Shown: positions 35,705 to 47,355, counted from the first letter of the stretch. The stretch: 64,000 nucleotides of DNA from an uncultured Chloroflexia bacterium (GCA_963749455.1 CAVVMX010000045.1:39181-103180), one strand, 5' to 3'. Numbers and translations are program-made. Notes: a model not told the origin generated them from the sequence alone.

Positions 35705-36940
35705 ATGAATGTTGCTGAGAGCATCCACATCGCCCTCCGAGCGCTGTTGTCCAACAAGCTGCGCGCCGTCTTGACCATGCTCGGCATTATCATCGGCGTG
35801 GGAGCGGTTATTACCCTCATGTCAGTCGGCAAGGGGGTTGAGCAGTTTGTCCAGCAGTCGTTCCAGAGCCTGGGCTCAAACCTGCTCTTCGTCTTTCCCG
35901 GCACGCTCGAGGGCAGCACGACCAAAAGCCCAGAGATGACCTTGGCCGACTATCAGGCCCTCGCCGATCCCTTCCAGGTTCCGCACACTATTGGCGTAGC
36001 ACCTGAGCTGTCTGCCCGGGCCAACATCGTGGCCGGCAGGCGCGACGTCCGCACCGAGATTGCCGGCGTGACGCCCGATTACTTGAGCCTGCGCAGCCTG
36101 ACTGTGGCCGACGGCGACTTTGTCACCGACGCCGACGTCAACGCCCGCTCGCGCGTGGCGGTGCTCGGCAGTCAGGCCTACGAGAAGCTGTTCGAACAGG
36201 GCGCCTATCCGATCGGCCAGACAATCAAGATCAACCGCGTGCCTTTTCGAGTGGTCGGCGTCATGGCCGAAAAGGGAGGAGCTTCCTTCGGCAACACAGC
36301 CGACAGCACGGTTTACGTTCCGCTGACCACCGCCCAAGCGCGCCTCTACCCGTTGTGGCGCAACCGCAAGGGTGAGCCGCTCCTGTCGACGGTATATGTC
36401 CAGGTGACCGACAAATCGGTCATGGACGAGGTAGCCGAGCGGATCGCGAAGTGCTGCGCGAGCGCCACAAGATCACCTTTCGCGACGAAGATGACTTTAC
36501 GATCATCAAGCAGACCGACGTTGTGGCTATCCTCGGCGATATCACAGGCGTGCTGACCATCTTTCTCGGCTCGATCGCCTTTATTTCGCTCCTGGTGGGC
36601 GGCATCGGCATTATGAACATCATGCTCGTGTCGGTGACTGAGCGCACCCGCGAGATCGGCATCCGCAAGGCCGTCGGTGCAAAAAAACGGGACATCCGCA
36701 CGCAGTTTCTGGTGGAAGCGATGGCCCTGTCGCTCATCGGTGGGCTGATCGGCATCGCATTGGGTATTGCCGGATCGCGGGTGATTGCCAGCCTTCAAGA
36801 CCGGCTGAATCCGGTCGTAACCTGGGATGTGATCCTGCTGGCCACGGCTCGTCTCGACAGCAGTTGGCCTGTTCTTCGGCCTTTATCCTGCCATCCGGGC
36901 GGCGCGCCTCAACCCGATCGACGCCTTGCGCTATGAGTAA
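35705..36940 (+). CDS. ABC transporter permease, MacB/FtsX type (two frame breaks)
   Basis: [36 protein letters not shown].. (MacB_PCD), then frame 36451.. [40 protein letters not shown]-terminus ..[20 protein letters not shown]. Confidence 0.85.
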
Positions 36941-38471
36941 CACTGTGGCAAGTGCTGTGCGCAAGCCTGCTGTCTTCCTGATCCTGGGCGCAGCCCTCAT
37001 GCTGCTGGCGGCGTGCGGTGCTCAGCCCAGTCCGACGCCGACGGCCATCCGATTGGCGGAGCGGATCGTGGCGGCGACGGCCACCCTGGCCCCTCAGCCC
37101 GATCGCCAGGGACAGGAGGCACTCCCTTCGGTCGCGGCAACCCGGACGTTGACCGTATCGCCCTCACCGTCGCCCGCGCCCAAAACGACACCGCCGGCTG
37201 GCCTCTCGCAGCTCGACAATCTGCTTGTCGACCGGACGGTCGCCGATTTCCTGGCGCGTCTGGCAGCAGGGGATGCTGACAATGCCTTCCGGCTTCACCT
37301 GACGGACCAGGCCCAACAGCAGTACGGCGCGACGCTTCTGCCTCAGTTTGCTTTGACCAGCCCGCAGTTGGCCGAGGTCAGGTTGCTGGAGCTGCGACGG
37401 CCGGTGACCAGCGGCTATGAGGCCCACGTGCTCCTGCGTTGGGCAGAAGCCAGTGGGGCAGGGGCTGCCTCCCAGACAATGACGCTCCAGATCGTGCCCG
37501 AGCGTGGCCTGTGGCAGATCGGGACCATCACCCTGGGCGACCGGCTTGTTGCGACGCCAACCCCAACACGCCGGCCTGCTGCCAACCGGCGCGCGCCGGG
37601 GCTTACCGGCCGGCTGGCCTTCCAGGTCAGCAGCGGCGGTGACATCTACACCGTCAATGCCGATGGCAGCGGCCTCCGTCGACTGACCGACGGCCTGGAT
37701 CCCGCCTGGTCGCCGGGCGGAGATCAAATTGCCTTGAGCCGGTGGCGTTCCCCATGGGGCATCTATCGCATCCAACCCGACGGCAGCGGAGAAGAGCGGG
37801 CTGTGGATGGCAACCTGCTCAAAGAGCCGGCCTGGTCGGCCGACGGGTCTCGCTTGGCGTTCAGCATCAACTATAGTCTCGGCGGGGGCGGTGAGGTCTG
37901 TTTCTTTGGCTACTGCTTCACCCTGCCGCCCACTTCTGTCGGTCAGATATGGATCGCCGATCTGAATACCGGCGAGTTCCTGAGCCTGCCGCTGGACGAC
38001 AAGGCGCCACATTCGCCGGCCTGGGACCCGCTGGGGGACCGGATCGTCTATGCCGGTGATCGGGGCCTGGCCTGGATCGAGCTGAGGGAGCGAATCTCCA
38101 CCGGCCGCTTTGCAGGCAGCAGCGCTTGGGACGGCTCGCCCAGCTTTTCGCCCAATGGCAGCCGCATCGCCTTTATGGGCCGCGTGCACAACCACTGGGA
38201 GATCTTTAGGATGAACGCAGCAGACGGCTCGGGGCGGGCGCAGCTCACCCACAGCGACCCGGACCTGGACCAACCGCCCAGCAACGTGGCCCCGGCCTGG
38301 TCGCCCGACGGAAAGCATGTCGCCTTCCTCTCCAACCGCGACGGCCCATGGCGCATCTATGTGATGAGCGCCGACGGCTCCGGGCAGCAGCCCATGTTCG
38401 GCGATCGCCTCGACCCCCTGGGCATCCGCTACGAGTGGGCCAGTGAGCGGGTCCTCTCCTGGACCAAGTAG
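36933..38471 (+). CDS. lipoprotein with TolB-like beta-propeller (PD40/WD40-like repeats)
   Basis: ATG 36933 overlaps the permease stop. Signal plus lipobox LMLLAAC. Repeated ..P.WSPDG..IAF.S.R.G...IY.M.ADGSG..., the PD40 pattern. Confidence 0.75.
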   Translation: MSNTVASAVRKPAVFLILGAALMLLAACGAQPSPTPTAIRLAERIVAATATLAPQPDRQGQEALPSVAATRTLTVSPSPSPAPKTTPPAGLSQLDNLLVDRTVADFLARLAAGDADNAFRLHLTDQAQQQYGATLLPQFALTSPQLAEVRLLELRRPVTSGYEAHVLLRWAEASGAGAASQTMTLQIVPERGLWQIGTITLGDRLVATPTPTRRPAANRRAPGLTGRLAFQVSSGGDIYTVNADGSGLRRLTDGLDPAWSPGGDQIALSRWRSPWGIYRIQPDGSGEERAVDGNLLKEPAWSADGSRLAFSINYSLGGGGEVCFFGYCFTLPPTSVGQIWIADLNTGEFLSLPLDDKAPHSPAWDPLGDRIVYAGDRGLAWIELRERISTGRFAGSSAWDGSPSFSPNGSRIAFMGRVHNHWEIFRMNAADGSGRAQLTHSDPDLDQPPSNVAPAWSPDGKHVAFLSNRDGPWRIYVMSADGSGQQPMFGDRLDPLGIRYEWASERVLSWTK

Positions 38472-38477
38472 GGCAGT

Positions 38478-38506
38478 TTGCCAAGTTACGCGACCTCTGT
38501 TATAAT
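38478..38506 (+). promoter_or_regulatory. near-consensus sigma-70 promoter upstream of asnS
   Basis: TTGCCA-N17-TATAAT, leaving a ~200-nt leader before ATG 38710. Confidence 0.5.
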
Positions 38507-38709
38507 ATCCTGCGGCCGCTAAGCGCATGCGGTACAGTGGAGGTGCTCATGGCAGCAAGAGGAACCCCGATCGCGATACAGTTCGGCCGGTTCGTCGGCT
38601 GCCAGGCGAATTCGTGCCTGGCATTCGTCGAGCTACTCCGTTGATTTCAGTAGCGCAGGGATAGCAGGTTTTTCCCTGCTCACCAGGACAACCCGAGGAA
38701 GAGGAAACA

Positions 38710-40057
38710 ATGGCCGAACATGTCTACGTCGAAAAGATCGCCGATCATGTCGGCAAAGAGGTAACTATCAAGGGCTGGCTCTATGCCAAGACCGGCAAGG
38801 GCAAGCTCCAATTCCTGCAGGTCCGCGACGGTACCGGAATCATCCAGTGTGTCGTCTTCAAGAAGGAGGTCTCTCTCGAGGCCTTTGACGCGGCCCAGCG
38901 GCTGACACAGGAATCGTCCCTGGTCGTCACCGGCCTGGTCCGCGCCGACGAGCGCGCGCCGGGCGTCCCCGGCGGCATCGAGATCGACGTGACCGACCTG
39001 GAGGTCGTCCAGTTGGTCACCGATGAATACCCGATCACCCTCAAAGAGCATGGCATCGACTTTTTGCTGAGCAACCGCCACCTGTGGATCCGCTCCTCGC
39101 GGCAGTGGGCCACATTGCGGGTGCGGGCCACGATCATCAAGGCCATCCGCGACTGGCTAGACGACCATGGCTTTATCCTGATGGATACGCCTATCCTGAC
39201 GCCGGCTGCCTGTGAGGGGACGACCACGCTGTTCGAGACCGACTATCACGGCACACCGGCCTACCTGAGCCAGAGCGGGCAGCTCTACAACGAGGCCGAC
39301 ATCATGGCCTTTGGCAAGGTCTACTGCTTTGGACCGACCTTCCGCGCCGAAAAGAGCAAGACCCGCCGCCACATCCAGGAGTTCTGGATGGTCGAGCCGG
39401 AGATGGCCTACGTGGATCTGTGGGGGAACCTGGAGGTCCAGGAGCAGTTCGTCAGCTATGTCGTCCAGACCACGCTCGAGCGAGCGGCGCAACGAGCTCA
39501 AGCTGCTGGGCCGCGATCTGAGCCACCTGGAAAGGGTGCAGCCGCCCTTCCCGCGCATCCACTACGACCAGGCGGTGGAGATGATCAACCGTGCCGCCGC
39601 AGCCGGGCTCGTGGTCCCGCCCAATGACGAGCCGGTGCCGGCCATTACCTGGGGGGACGATTTTGGCTCGCCGCACGAGACCTACGTGGCATCCCAGTTC
39701 GACCGGCCGGTCTTTGTCCATCACTACCCGACCGCGGTCAAGGCTTTCTACATGGCCCAGGAGCCAGACCGGCCTGAGACCTGCCGCTCTGCAGACCTGC
39801 TGGCGCCGGAGGGGTATGGCGAGATCATCGGCGGCGGCGAGCGCTCCGGCGACCTGGCCTTCCTGGAAGCTCAGATCGAGCGCCACAACCTGCCCCGCGA
39901 CGCCTACCAGTGGTACCTGGACCTGCGGCGCTACGGCTCGGTGCCGCACAGCGGCTTTGGTCTGGGCCTCGAGCGGACCGTCATGTGGATCTGTGGCCTG
40001 AGCCATATCCGCGAGACGATCCCATTCCCGCGCCTGCTCGGCCGCATCTATCCATAG
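38710..40057 (+). CDS. asnS: asparagine--tRNA ligase (one frameshift near ~39480)
   Basis: OB-fold N-terminus ([18 protein letters not shown]), class IIb core: [28 protein letters not shown], then frame 39311.. [54 protein letters not shown]. Confidence 0.9.
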
Positions 40058-40104
40058 GTGTAGTTACTCAACCTCCCGCAGGCATGCCTGCGGGAGGTTC
40101 TCTC

Positions 40105-41192
40105 TTAGGTTGGCAGCCAGAAGAACGCCAGCCCGATGATGACATAGATCGCCAGCAGCATCGCCCCTTCCAGCCAGTTCGACTCGCCGTCCATCGACAC
40201 CCACCCGGCGATAAACACCGCCGCCATCAAGGCGATCAGCTCGAACTGGTTGAACACCAGCGTCAAGGGGTTACCCATCAGCAGGCTGATGAATACCAGC
40301 AACGGCGCCACAAACAGGGCGATCTGCAGGCTGGATCCCACCGAGATCGCCAGGCTCAGCTCCATCTTGTTCTTGAGCGCCACCTGCACTGCCACCAGGT
40401 GCTCGGCCACGTTGCCGATGATCGGAATGATGACGATCCCGAGGAAGAACGAGGGGATACCGATCTCGGTCACCACGTGTTCGACGGTACCCACCAGGAT
40501 CTCACTCATCCAGGCAATAGCCACCGTGGACAGCACCAGCACGATCCCTGCCTTGCGCACCGACCAGTGAGGAGCCTCCTGCTTGGCCACCGCAAACTCT
40601 TCGTCATAGGTCATCTCAGTAGGCTGCTTGAATTGAAAGACCATGGCCAGGACGTACATCACGATCATCACCCCGGCCACGCCCAGGCTCAGGTACTCTA
40701 CGGCGGCATGGTTGACCTGGTCGATCGTGTGGCTGAACAGCGACGGGATCACCAGCGCCGCAACGGCCAACAGTAACAGCGTCGAATTGACTCCAGCGTG
40801 AGTCCGGTTGAATTTCTGAACGCCGTGTCGCAGCCCACCCAGCAGGATGCTAAAGCCAAGTACCAGCAGGATGTTGCCCAGGATAGAGCCGGTCAGCGAT
40901 GCCCGCACCAGCTCCAAGCAGCTCATCGCGCACGGCCGGGTTGATCACGCCCTCGCGGATGGCGACAACGGTAATGATCAGCTCGGCGGCGTTGCCCAGC
41001 GTGGCGTTGAGCAGTCCTCCCACGCGTGGCCCGACGTGAGTGGCCAGCGCCTCTGTGGACTGGCCGATCAGCCCGGCCAGACGGGATCAAAGCCAGGCCC
41101 GAGGATACAAAGACGATGAGGGGATTCCATCCCGCCAGCTCGGCGGCAACGGCCACGACGCAAAAGACGAGTAGCAGGTTGAGATATTTCAC
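40105..41192 (-). CDS. Ca2+/H+ antiporter, CaCA/ChaA family (frame breaks in the N-terminal third)
   Basis: Two alpha-repeats: ..GLLNATLGNAAELIITVVAI (stitched region 40930-41060) and IIPIIGNVAEHLVAVQVA (ORF 40105..40926). About 10-11 TM helices. Confidence 0.8.
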
Positions 41193-41951
41193 GACGCATC
41201 TCCGGTTCTGTGATCCTCGGGATGGCGCTCGCCCGATAACTCAGGTTGGTTTTCTTGCAGGCCGCCGCGACTGTCTCGATTGGCGAAGCCGATCGAATCG
41301 GCACGCGGCGCCTGGGCCATGCCGGGGGGGATGAAAGGTTTCTTGGGCGGTTGCCATCCACCGGCTTCGCCGCCCGTCATCCGCCACACGTGGACCATGC
41401 GTTGCAGCGCGGTAAACAGGCTGGCCACGACCAGGACGATGAGCATGATGAGCACCTGGTGCAGTAGCAGGCCGACCACAGTGACGGTCACGCGGACGGC
41501 CCGTGTAAACAGACCCTCCTGGCAGGCTACACCCAACCCCTCGGCCCGTGCTCGCGTATAGCTGACCATCAGCGAGCAGGCTACTGCGGCCAGGATTAGA
41601 GGGGGCTCCCACAGGCTGCCCAGCCGGGCATAGTAGACGGTCAGGCCCAGAAAGAGGATCACTTCTTCAAAACGATCCAGGGTCGAGTCCAGAAATCCGC
41701 CGAAACGGCTGCTTCTGCCGCTGACCCGAGCCAGCGTCCCATCCAGCGCATCGCACAGAGCGCCGGCAACATAGACTACTGCAGCCCACCGAAACAAACC
41801 CACCCCGGCCAGCACGCCGGCCCCGATCGTCACAACCAGCCCGGCTCCTGTCACCCAGTTGGGGGCGATGTGTGCCCGGGCGAGTACCCGCGCCTATCGC
41901 CTCCAGAACCGGCCGGCTGATCTCACGGGCTCGCTGCTCAAGAGAGGCCAT
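41189..41951 (-). CDS. CDP-alcohol phosphatidyltransferase (PI/PIP-synthase-like; frameshift near ~41870)
   Basis: Signature D-x2-D-G-x2-A-R-x8-G-x3-D-x3-D read as CDALDGTLARVSGRSSRFGGFLDSTLDRFEE. N-terminus in ORF 41667..41951 (MASLEQRAREISRPVLEAI..). Confidence 0.8.
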
Positions 41952-43106
41952 GGTCTCTCAATCTCCTTTGTTCCAAGTTCGTTGTAGTAAGCCAATACCT
42001 CGGCGGCTACCCGGTTCCAGGCGAACGACGCAGCTCGCTCCCGCCCGTTACGCCCCATGCGCTCCTGCTGTTCCTTGTCGGCCAACAAGCGCAGCAGTGC
42101 CGCCGCCAACCCTTCTTCATCCCCAGGTGGGACTAGTAGGCCTTCGACCTCATGGCGCACCACTTCGCGGTAGCCTGGAATGTCTGATGTCACCACCGGG
42201 CGGCCGGCGGCCATCGCTTCCACCAGGACTAATCCAAAGCTCTCAAACCCGGTGGACGGAGCGCACAGGAGGTCGGCCGTCCGGTAAAAGCGGGCCAGCA
42301 TGTCGTTCGACGGCCAGCTTCTAAAGTGCACGTCGTGCAAGCCATCGGCTTCTGCCTGGCGGGCAAAAGGCTCTTTTTGTTTCTCGTCGAACGCGCCGGC
42401 CACGATCAACCGCGCTTGTGGCATCTCGGCCTGGACTTGAACGAACGCCCGCAGCAGGTGTACAAACCCTTTGCGCTTTTCCAGGCGGCCTACGAACAGG
42501 ATGTTCGGTCGCCCATCGGCAAACTCTGGGATGGGTGCCAGGCTGCTATCTCCAAAACGAGACAGGTCAACACCGTTGGAGATAACTCGGTAGTCGCCTG
42601 GGAAGTAGCGGGCAGTATACTCCTTCGCTGCCTCGGAAACGACAATCCGGCCGTCGAGCCGGCCCAAGCATCGGCCAAGAATCCGGCGGCCGTACTTGTA
42701 GCCGGCATTCTTCTCGCGGTAAGCGTGAAAAGTGCCCAACACCAGTGTCTGAGGGTGCACCTTGGAGTGGTACAAGGCCAGCGGGCAAATGACCGGCATC
42801 AACGGTTCATGCAAGTGAATGACGTCAAAGCGTTCCCGGTTGAGGATTGCTTTCAGCCGGTGGGAAAAGCGGGACGAAAGCACAACTCGTGCCTCCGATC
42901 CGCTCGTCGGCAGTGGTACAACTGGGCCTTCGATCTGGATCAGATTCGGTGACAACGTGCTCCCCAGTGTGTCGGTTGGGTGAACTGGCGGCTATGATCT
43001 TGACTTCGTGCCCGGCGACCGTGAACTCCTGAGCCAGAGCTTCTATGTGATGTTTCACCCCACCGGGAACCGCCCAGTCATACGGCGCAACGAAACCGAT
43101 CTTCAT
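41894..43106 (-). CDS. GT4-family glycosyltransferase (PimA-like; frameshift near ~42960)
   Basis: MKIGFVAPYDWAVPGGVKHHIEALAQEF..., then ORF 41894..42955 with ..ILFVGRLEKRKG.., STGFESFGLVLVEAMAAGRPVVTSDIPGYREVV (E-x7-E region). Confidence 0.8.
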
Positions 43107-44088
43107 CCTTGATCCACTCCGCTGGCGCTTTGGGACTCGCTTTGCTCAAGTTGCTCCGCGGGGCCGCTGGGAGCAGGCGCCCCAGGCCAGACGGGCACCG
43201 ACAGCGTCCACTGCTCCGGGTGCCGGGAGATATGGCGCTCCATGGCGACTGCCATCTGCTTCATGCCGGCCGTCACATCCGCCTCTGTCTCGCTCTCGCT
43301 TTTGCGCGTCACTCCCTCCGGCTGCAACACAGGTTCAATGGTTACGCGGAATGTGTCGTCAGACAGGCGCTCCGTAAATCCGGCGAGCAGCGGTGTGCCG
43401 GTGCGGAGGGCAAGCCGCACCGCACCATCGGGAAGCAGCGCCGGCGAGCCAAAAAAGGGTACCCGATAACCGTTGTCTGTCAGTGCCCGGTCACAGGCCA
43501 GGCCCACGATCTCCCCCCGCTTCAAGGCCCGGATCAGGCCTATCATCGGCCCGTCAGACGGGATCAGGTTCAGCCCGTGACTGAGCCGCTGCTCCAACGC
43601 GTAGCGGTACACCCGTTCAGGCTTGATATGCTCGACCACGCCCGTGACCGAATAGCCATACACAGCGGGAATGTGCATCACCAGATCCAGGTTGCCCAGG
43701 TGAGCTGAGACCATGATGACCCCTCGACCTCGGGCCAGAGCGTCCAGCAGGATCTCCTCGCCTTCGATCTGCACCTGACTTCTTGATCTCGTCGGCGTCC
43801 AGCCGGTCGGCGCGGAACAGATCGTAGTAGTTCTTGAGCATGTTGGTGCAGATCCCACGCACACACGCTTGCACCTGCAGCTTCCAGCGCATCCGGCCCC
43901 AATACGTGCCGCATATTGTCGCCCGCAGTGCGCCTGAGTTTGGGTGAAAGCCTGTAGGCAACCCCGCCTCCCCATCCTGCGATCCAATAGGCAGCGCGCG
44001 GGGGCATCAAGCGCGCCAGAACGCCTGCGAGCCGGTACAGGCTGTAGACGACATAATCGCGCAATCCGGTTCCTCTCCCCTTTGACAT
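43103..44088 (-). CDS. lysophospholipid/lipid A-type acyltransferase (HtrB/LpxL family, PIM acyltransferase-like; frame breaks)
   Basis: MSKGRGTGLRDYVVYSLYRLAGVLARLMPPRAAYWIAGWGGGVAYRL.., then ..GRGVIMVSAHLGNLDL (HX4D), ..FFGSPALLPDGAVRLALRTGTPLL... Confidence 0.7.
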
Positions 44089-44116
44089 AGAATCTTACCC
44101 GAAATGCCCACCCCTG

Positions 44117-45774
44117 TCAAGCTTGCCAAAGGGCAGGTTTTGTGCGACCAGACCCAACTGACAATGTTTCTTCGATTGGGCGTAGGATGCAGCTGACGTG
44201 GGCCACTTTCTGTCCATTTTCTACCGCAAGCGTAACCCGCACATCCAAATCCTCGATAACTCTGCGCTTTTCGGCAAAGTCTGCATTTGCCAAATTTAAC
44301 CCCCGGCTCGCTTTGGCCGCAAACCCCTGCAGACTCCGAATCTGACCGGGTGTGAGTGTCCGCTTTTGCAGGTGGGCAACTAGAACGACCCGCTCTCTTT
44401 CCAGAGCTTTTATGGTCGTTTCCAGCCGTGCCTCTCTGTCAGAAAGTATCTCCTTTGGAAAGCGTGCAGAAAGGTACAGGTCCAGCAGCCGCTCCAGTTG
44501 TGTGCGATTTTCGGCCAATAGGTCATCAATTACCTTCAGCCGGCCCCGGATCGGTTCGGTTTCCCGCTCGCACTGCGCTTGGTGCTCGTCCAATCCCCGC
44601 TTCAGTGCTTCCGGATCGCTGAGAAGGGACTTGGCCCATCCCCACACAGCGGCATCAACCCGATCTACTCTGAACCCGGTCAGGTTGCACTTGCGTGCTG
44701 TCGTCATCGTACTGGTGTGCCCTGGACACTGGTAGTACAACGATGTGCCAGCTGGGTGTCCTGTGGCACGATTGGCCTTACCTGTCATCTTTAGTCCACA
44801 GTCCCCGCAGATCACACGGCCGCTGAGAAGGTAGTCTCGCTTCCGGTTGCGCCTGGAGTTTTGCCGATTCTCAGCTAACCGCTCCTGGACTGCTTCCCAC
44901 ATCGGTTCCGACACAATCGGCGGCACCCTTACAATGAGGTGGGTCTCTTGGGGAGTCTGTACCCGCTTCCCGTTGCTGCACTTGGTCTTGCCGTACCGCC
45001 AGACACCCTTGTAGGTTTCATTCTTCAATATCTCGTAGATGACTGAGCGAGACCACTCCCCCTGCCCCCGCTTCTTCCAGCCGCGATCCACCGGGCAGGT
45101 GTCGCTATGGGTCGGTATCTTCATACTGGTGAGCCCTCTAGCTATATCAGACAGGTTCATAGGTGTGGCGTTGGCGTCTCCCTCAACGTAATAGTGATAG
45201 ATGAGACGAACAACCTCAGCTTCTGGCTCATAAACCACCAGCGCAAACCTGCCTTCTTCTTCAACCTCTCGATACCCGTAAGGCGTGATCCCGTGGGTCA
45301 GCACACTTCCGGCTTTGACCTTGTCGTGGCTGACCACGCACCATTCTTTCTGTGATCTTTTCCCGCTCATACTCGGCGATGGTCGCCCGGATGTGCTTGT
45401 TGAGGCGTCCTTCGGGCGTGTCGGCGTACTCGCGCAAGCGCATACTCGATACGCACGCCGGCCCGCCTCAATTCCTCTTCGACGATCAACTGCTTGGCGA
45501 GGTTGCGGCTCAGACGGTCGAATTTCACGCGGTATCAGCACGTCAAACTCGCCGGCCTGTGGCCATCTCTCGGATACGAGTCAGCCCTTCCAGCTCAAAG
45601 GCCGCGCCGCTCGCGCCCTTGTCATCTTCGCTTAGCTCCGCCACGATCGTGATAGCCCTTTGCCTATGCATACTGCCGCGCCATCTCCAGTTGGCCGGCG
45701 AGGTTGCGCCCGTCGGTGTCCCGGTCGTCATAGCTCGTTCGGGCGTACAGCACCGCCCGTTTTGCCGTTGCCAT
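44117..45774 (-). CDS. large serine recombinase (about 4-5 frame breaks in the N-terminal resolvase domain)
   Basis: MATAKRAVLYARTSYDDRDTDGRNLAGQLEMARQYA / ..GEFDVLI.REFDRLSRNLAKQLIVEEELRRAGVRIEY / ..EGRLNKHIRATIAEYEREKITERMVRG / ORF 44117..45541 with recombinase domain, Zn-ribbon (CGDCG ... YYQCPG) and C-terminal coiled coil. Confidence 0.85.
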
Positions 45775-45830
45775 TTCCGTTGTCGCTCATTGTTCTTGGT
45801 CCTTTCGCCCGCTTGTGCTACAATGCGGGG

Positions 45831-45912
45831 TGGGCCGGGTTACTTTGCTTTCCAGGGCCAGCAACCCGACCCATCAGTGGGCTGGCGTGCAAACGCCAGC
45901 CCGCACCTTTTA
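45831..45912 (+). ncRNA. candidate ~80-nt small RNA (promoter plus hairpin terminator), antisense to the 3' end of a small minus-strand ORF
   Basis: TTGGTC (45796-45801)-N17-TACAAT (45819-45824) with TGTG extension. Hairpin GGGCTGGCG/CGCCAGCCC (45879-45902) followed by GCACCTTTTACT. No ORF in this orientation. Confidence 0.3.
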
Positions 45913-46136
45913 CTCCGCCTGCCCGGCAGTTACCGGCCAGCCGCTGGGCTGTTTTCCAAGCCACTCGGCGCTGACCACCGCCAGCCCGGCCTTGCGTTCC
46001 AGCAGGGCCAGGAAAAAAAGCCCCATCCGCGTCTCGAACAGAAACCACCTTACGATCATTGTTCCTTCCTTTCATCGTTGTTGTCTGCCTGACTGGATCG
46101 AACCGAAAGCACCCTGTCTCTATCTATCGCTCCATC

Positions 46137-46913
46137 TCACCCCCTTTCCAGCACCTTGACGCCATTGCCGTCGTCCCGGCTGATGCGCCCTGACTGCTCA
46201 AGCTCGGTGGTGTAGTTGTAGACAGTGTTGCGGTGCACCCCCAGCAGCCGCGCCGCGTCGGTTGCCCCCAGGTTGGGATCGGCTTCGTATGCCCTCAGCA
46301 GGGCATCCAGGCGTGCAGCCCGCACCGCCTGTCGTGTGCGGTTTACCGCGTCCAGAACGGCGTTTTGGGCACCTGGTTGGGCAACCAGCTGCCCACCAAG
46401 GCCGGTATCTTGTGCGCCCCGGAAACCACCCACGTCGTGCGCTCGGCGGGCATCCCTCCGCTCTTGTCTTTCCGCTTCGATAGCGGTCAGCCGTTGTCTA
46501 TGGTCGGCCCGTAGAGCCAGAACAGCCACTCCCGACAGGCTCAGGATCGGGAATGCCAGAGGTGCATAGGTCGCCAGGGCCGGGGTCGTGTCCAGCAGGA
46601 TGGTCAGCATGGTGATGCTCCCGAAATACACCCCCACCAGGCTGATGGCCAGACCCACGGGCGCCGTCGGATCCGTCTTGCGCCGGGTCTTGTTGTACTC
46701 CCTCAGGGTCAGCGCCGTTGCCGTCGCCGCCAGGCCCAGGCATTCTATGATGACGCCAGATATGATACCCATTGGCGTTGGCCAGTTCAGGTGGCGCACA
46801 GTCGCCCGCATCGTCAGATAGGCCGTGGGCAAGGGGGAGACCCACGGCGCAACCTTGGCCACGAGGTCGACGGCAATTGCTTCGATCCGGTTCAGTGTAT
46901 CCAGTATGCCCAT
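46137..46913 (-). CDS. membrane protein with C-terminal helix-turn-helix domain, hypothetical
   Basis: Intact ORF 46137..46931. The likely start is MGILDTLNRIE after AAAGGAACAGGAGA. About 4 TM helices, then ..ATDAARLLGVHRNTVYNYTTELEQSGRI (HTH). Confidence 0.55.
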   Translation of the reverse strand: MGILDTLNRIEAIAVDLVAKVAPWVSPLPTAYLTMRATVRHLNWPTPMGIISGVIIECLGLAATATALTLREYNKTRRKTDPTAPVGLAISLVGVYFGSITMLTILLDTTPALATYAPLAFPILSLSGVAVLALRADHRQRLTAIEAERQERRDARRAHDVGGFRGAQDTGLGGQLVAQPGAQNAVLDAVNRTRQAVRAARLDALLRAYEADPNLGATDAARLLGVHRNTVYNYTTELEQSGRISRDDGNGVKVLERG

Positions 46914-46938
46914 TCTCCTGTTCCTTTTCACAACAAAA

Positions 46939-46979
46939 AGCGGCCAGCCGTCCCCACTGACTGAAGACGGCTGGCCGCT
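46939..46979 (-). terminator. rho-independent terminator (minus-strand sense)
   Basis: AGCGGCCAGCCGTC (46939-46952) / GACGGCTGGCCGCT (46966-46979). On the minus strand it is followed by CTTTTTGTTG. Confidence 0.45.
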
Positions 46980-46984
46980 CTAGG

Positions 46985-47014
46985 TTGACGCAAAAGCCCG
47001 GTCTGTGCTACAAT
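46985..47014 (+). promoter_or_regulatory. strong sigma-70-like promoter with extended -10
   Basis: TTGACG-N18-TACAAT preceded by TGTGC. It shares the 11-mer TGTGCTACAAT with the box at 45814-45824. Downstream is a 14-bp hairpin (47069-47104) followed by GATCTTGTCTT. Confidence 0.55.
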
Positions 47015-47154
47015 AGCATCAGCCCGGCTCGCTGCTCTGGCTGCAAGGTCCGTCAGCGGGTTGGGTCAGGGCCGTGTTGGTGTTGGCTAGCACCAGCACG
47101 GCCCGATCTTGTCTTAGGTTCTCAAGGTTCTACTCGTTGCCTCTTTGCTCAGGC

Positions 47155-47264
47155 TCAGGAGAGATGGGGTTGGCAAGTCCCACGCACCCAAGACCGCAGC
47201 CACCAGCGGATCACCTGTGAGAGCGTCACGTCTTCGGCATCCGCCTTTGCCTTGGCTGCATCAT
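47155..47264 (-). CDS. small ribbon-helix-helix-like protein (apparent frameshift just after the start)
   Basis: AAGGAG (47275-47270) plus ATGATG (47264-47259). The neighbouring frame reads ..HDAAKAKADAEDVTLSQVIRWWLRSWVRG.., typical of the CopG/Arc helix A-helix B pattern. Confidence 0.3.
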
Positions 47265-47355
47265 GCAAGCTCCTTGGGTGTCGGACTGTCAACCTGTATC
47301 TGTATCCTTACTCCACGCTGTCATCCCTGTTCGTACTCGCTTCAGACAAGTACTC

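Noticed and set aside
38507-38709. A T-box riboswitch call for the asnS leader.
   Set aside because: I could not locate the conserved T-box sequence (AAnnnGGGTGGTACCGCG-like) or a clear specifier loop. It is kept only as a low-interest leader observation.
46085-46105. The tRNA-like string GGATCGAACC (resembling the reverse complement of a T-arm), considered as a possible tRNA integration target.
   Set aside because: No complementary T-stem, acceptor stem or anticodon arm can be folded around it. I found no tRNA gene anywhere in the window.
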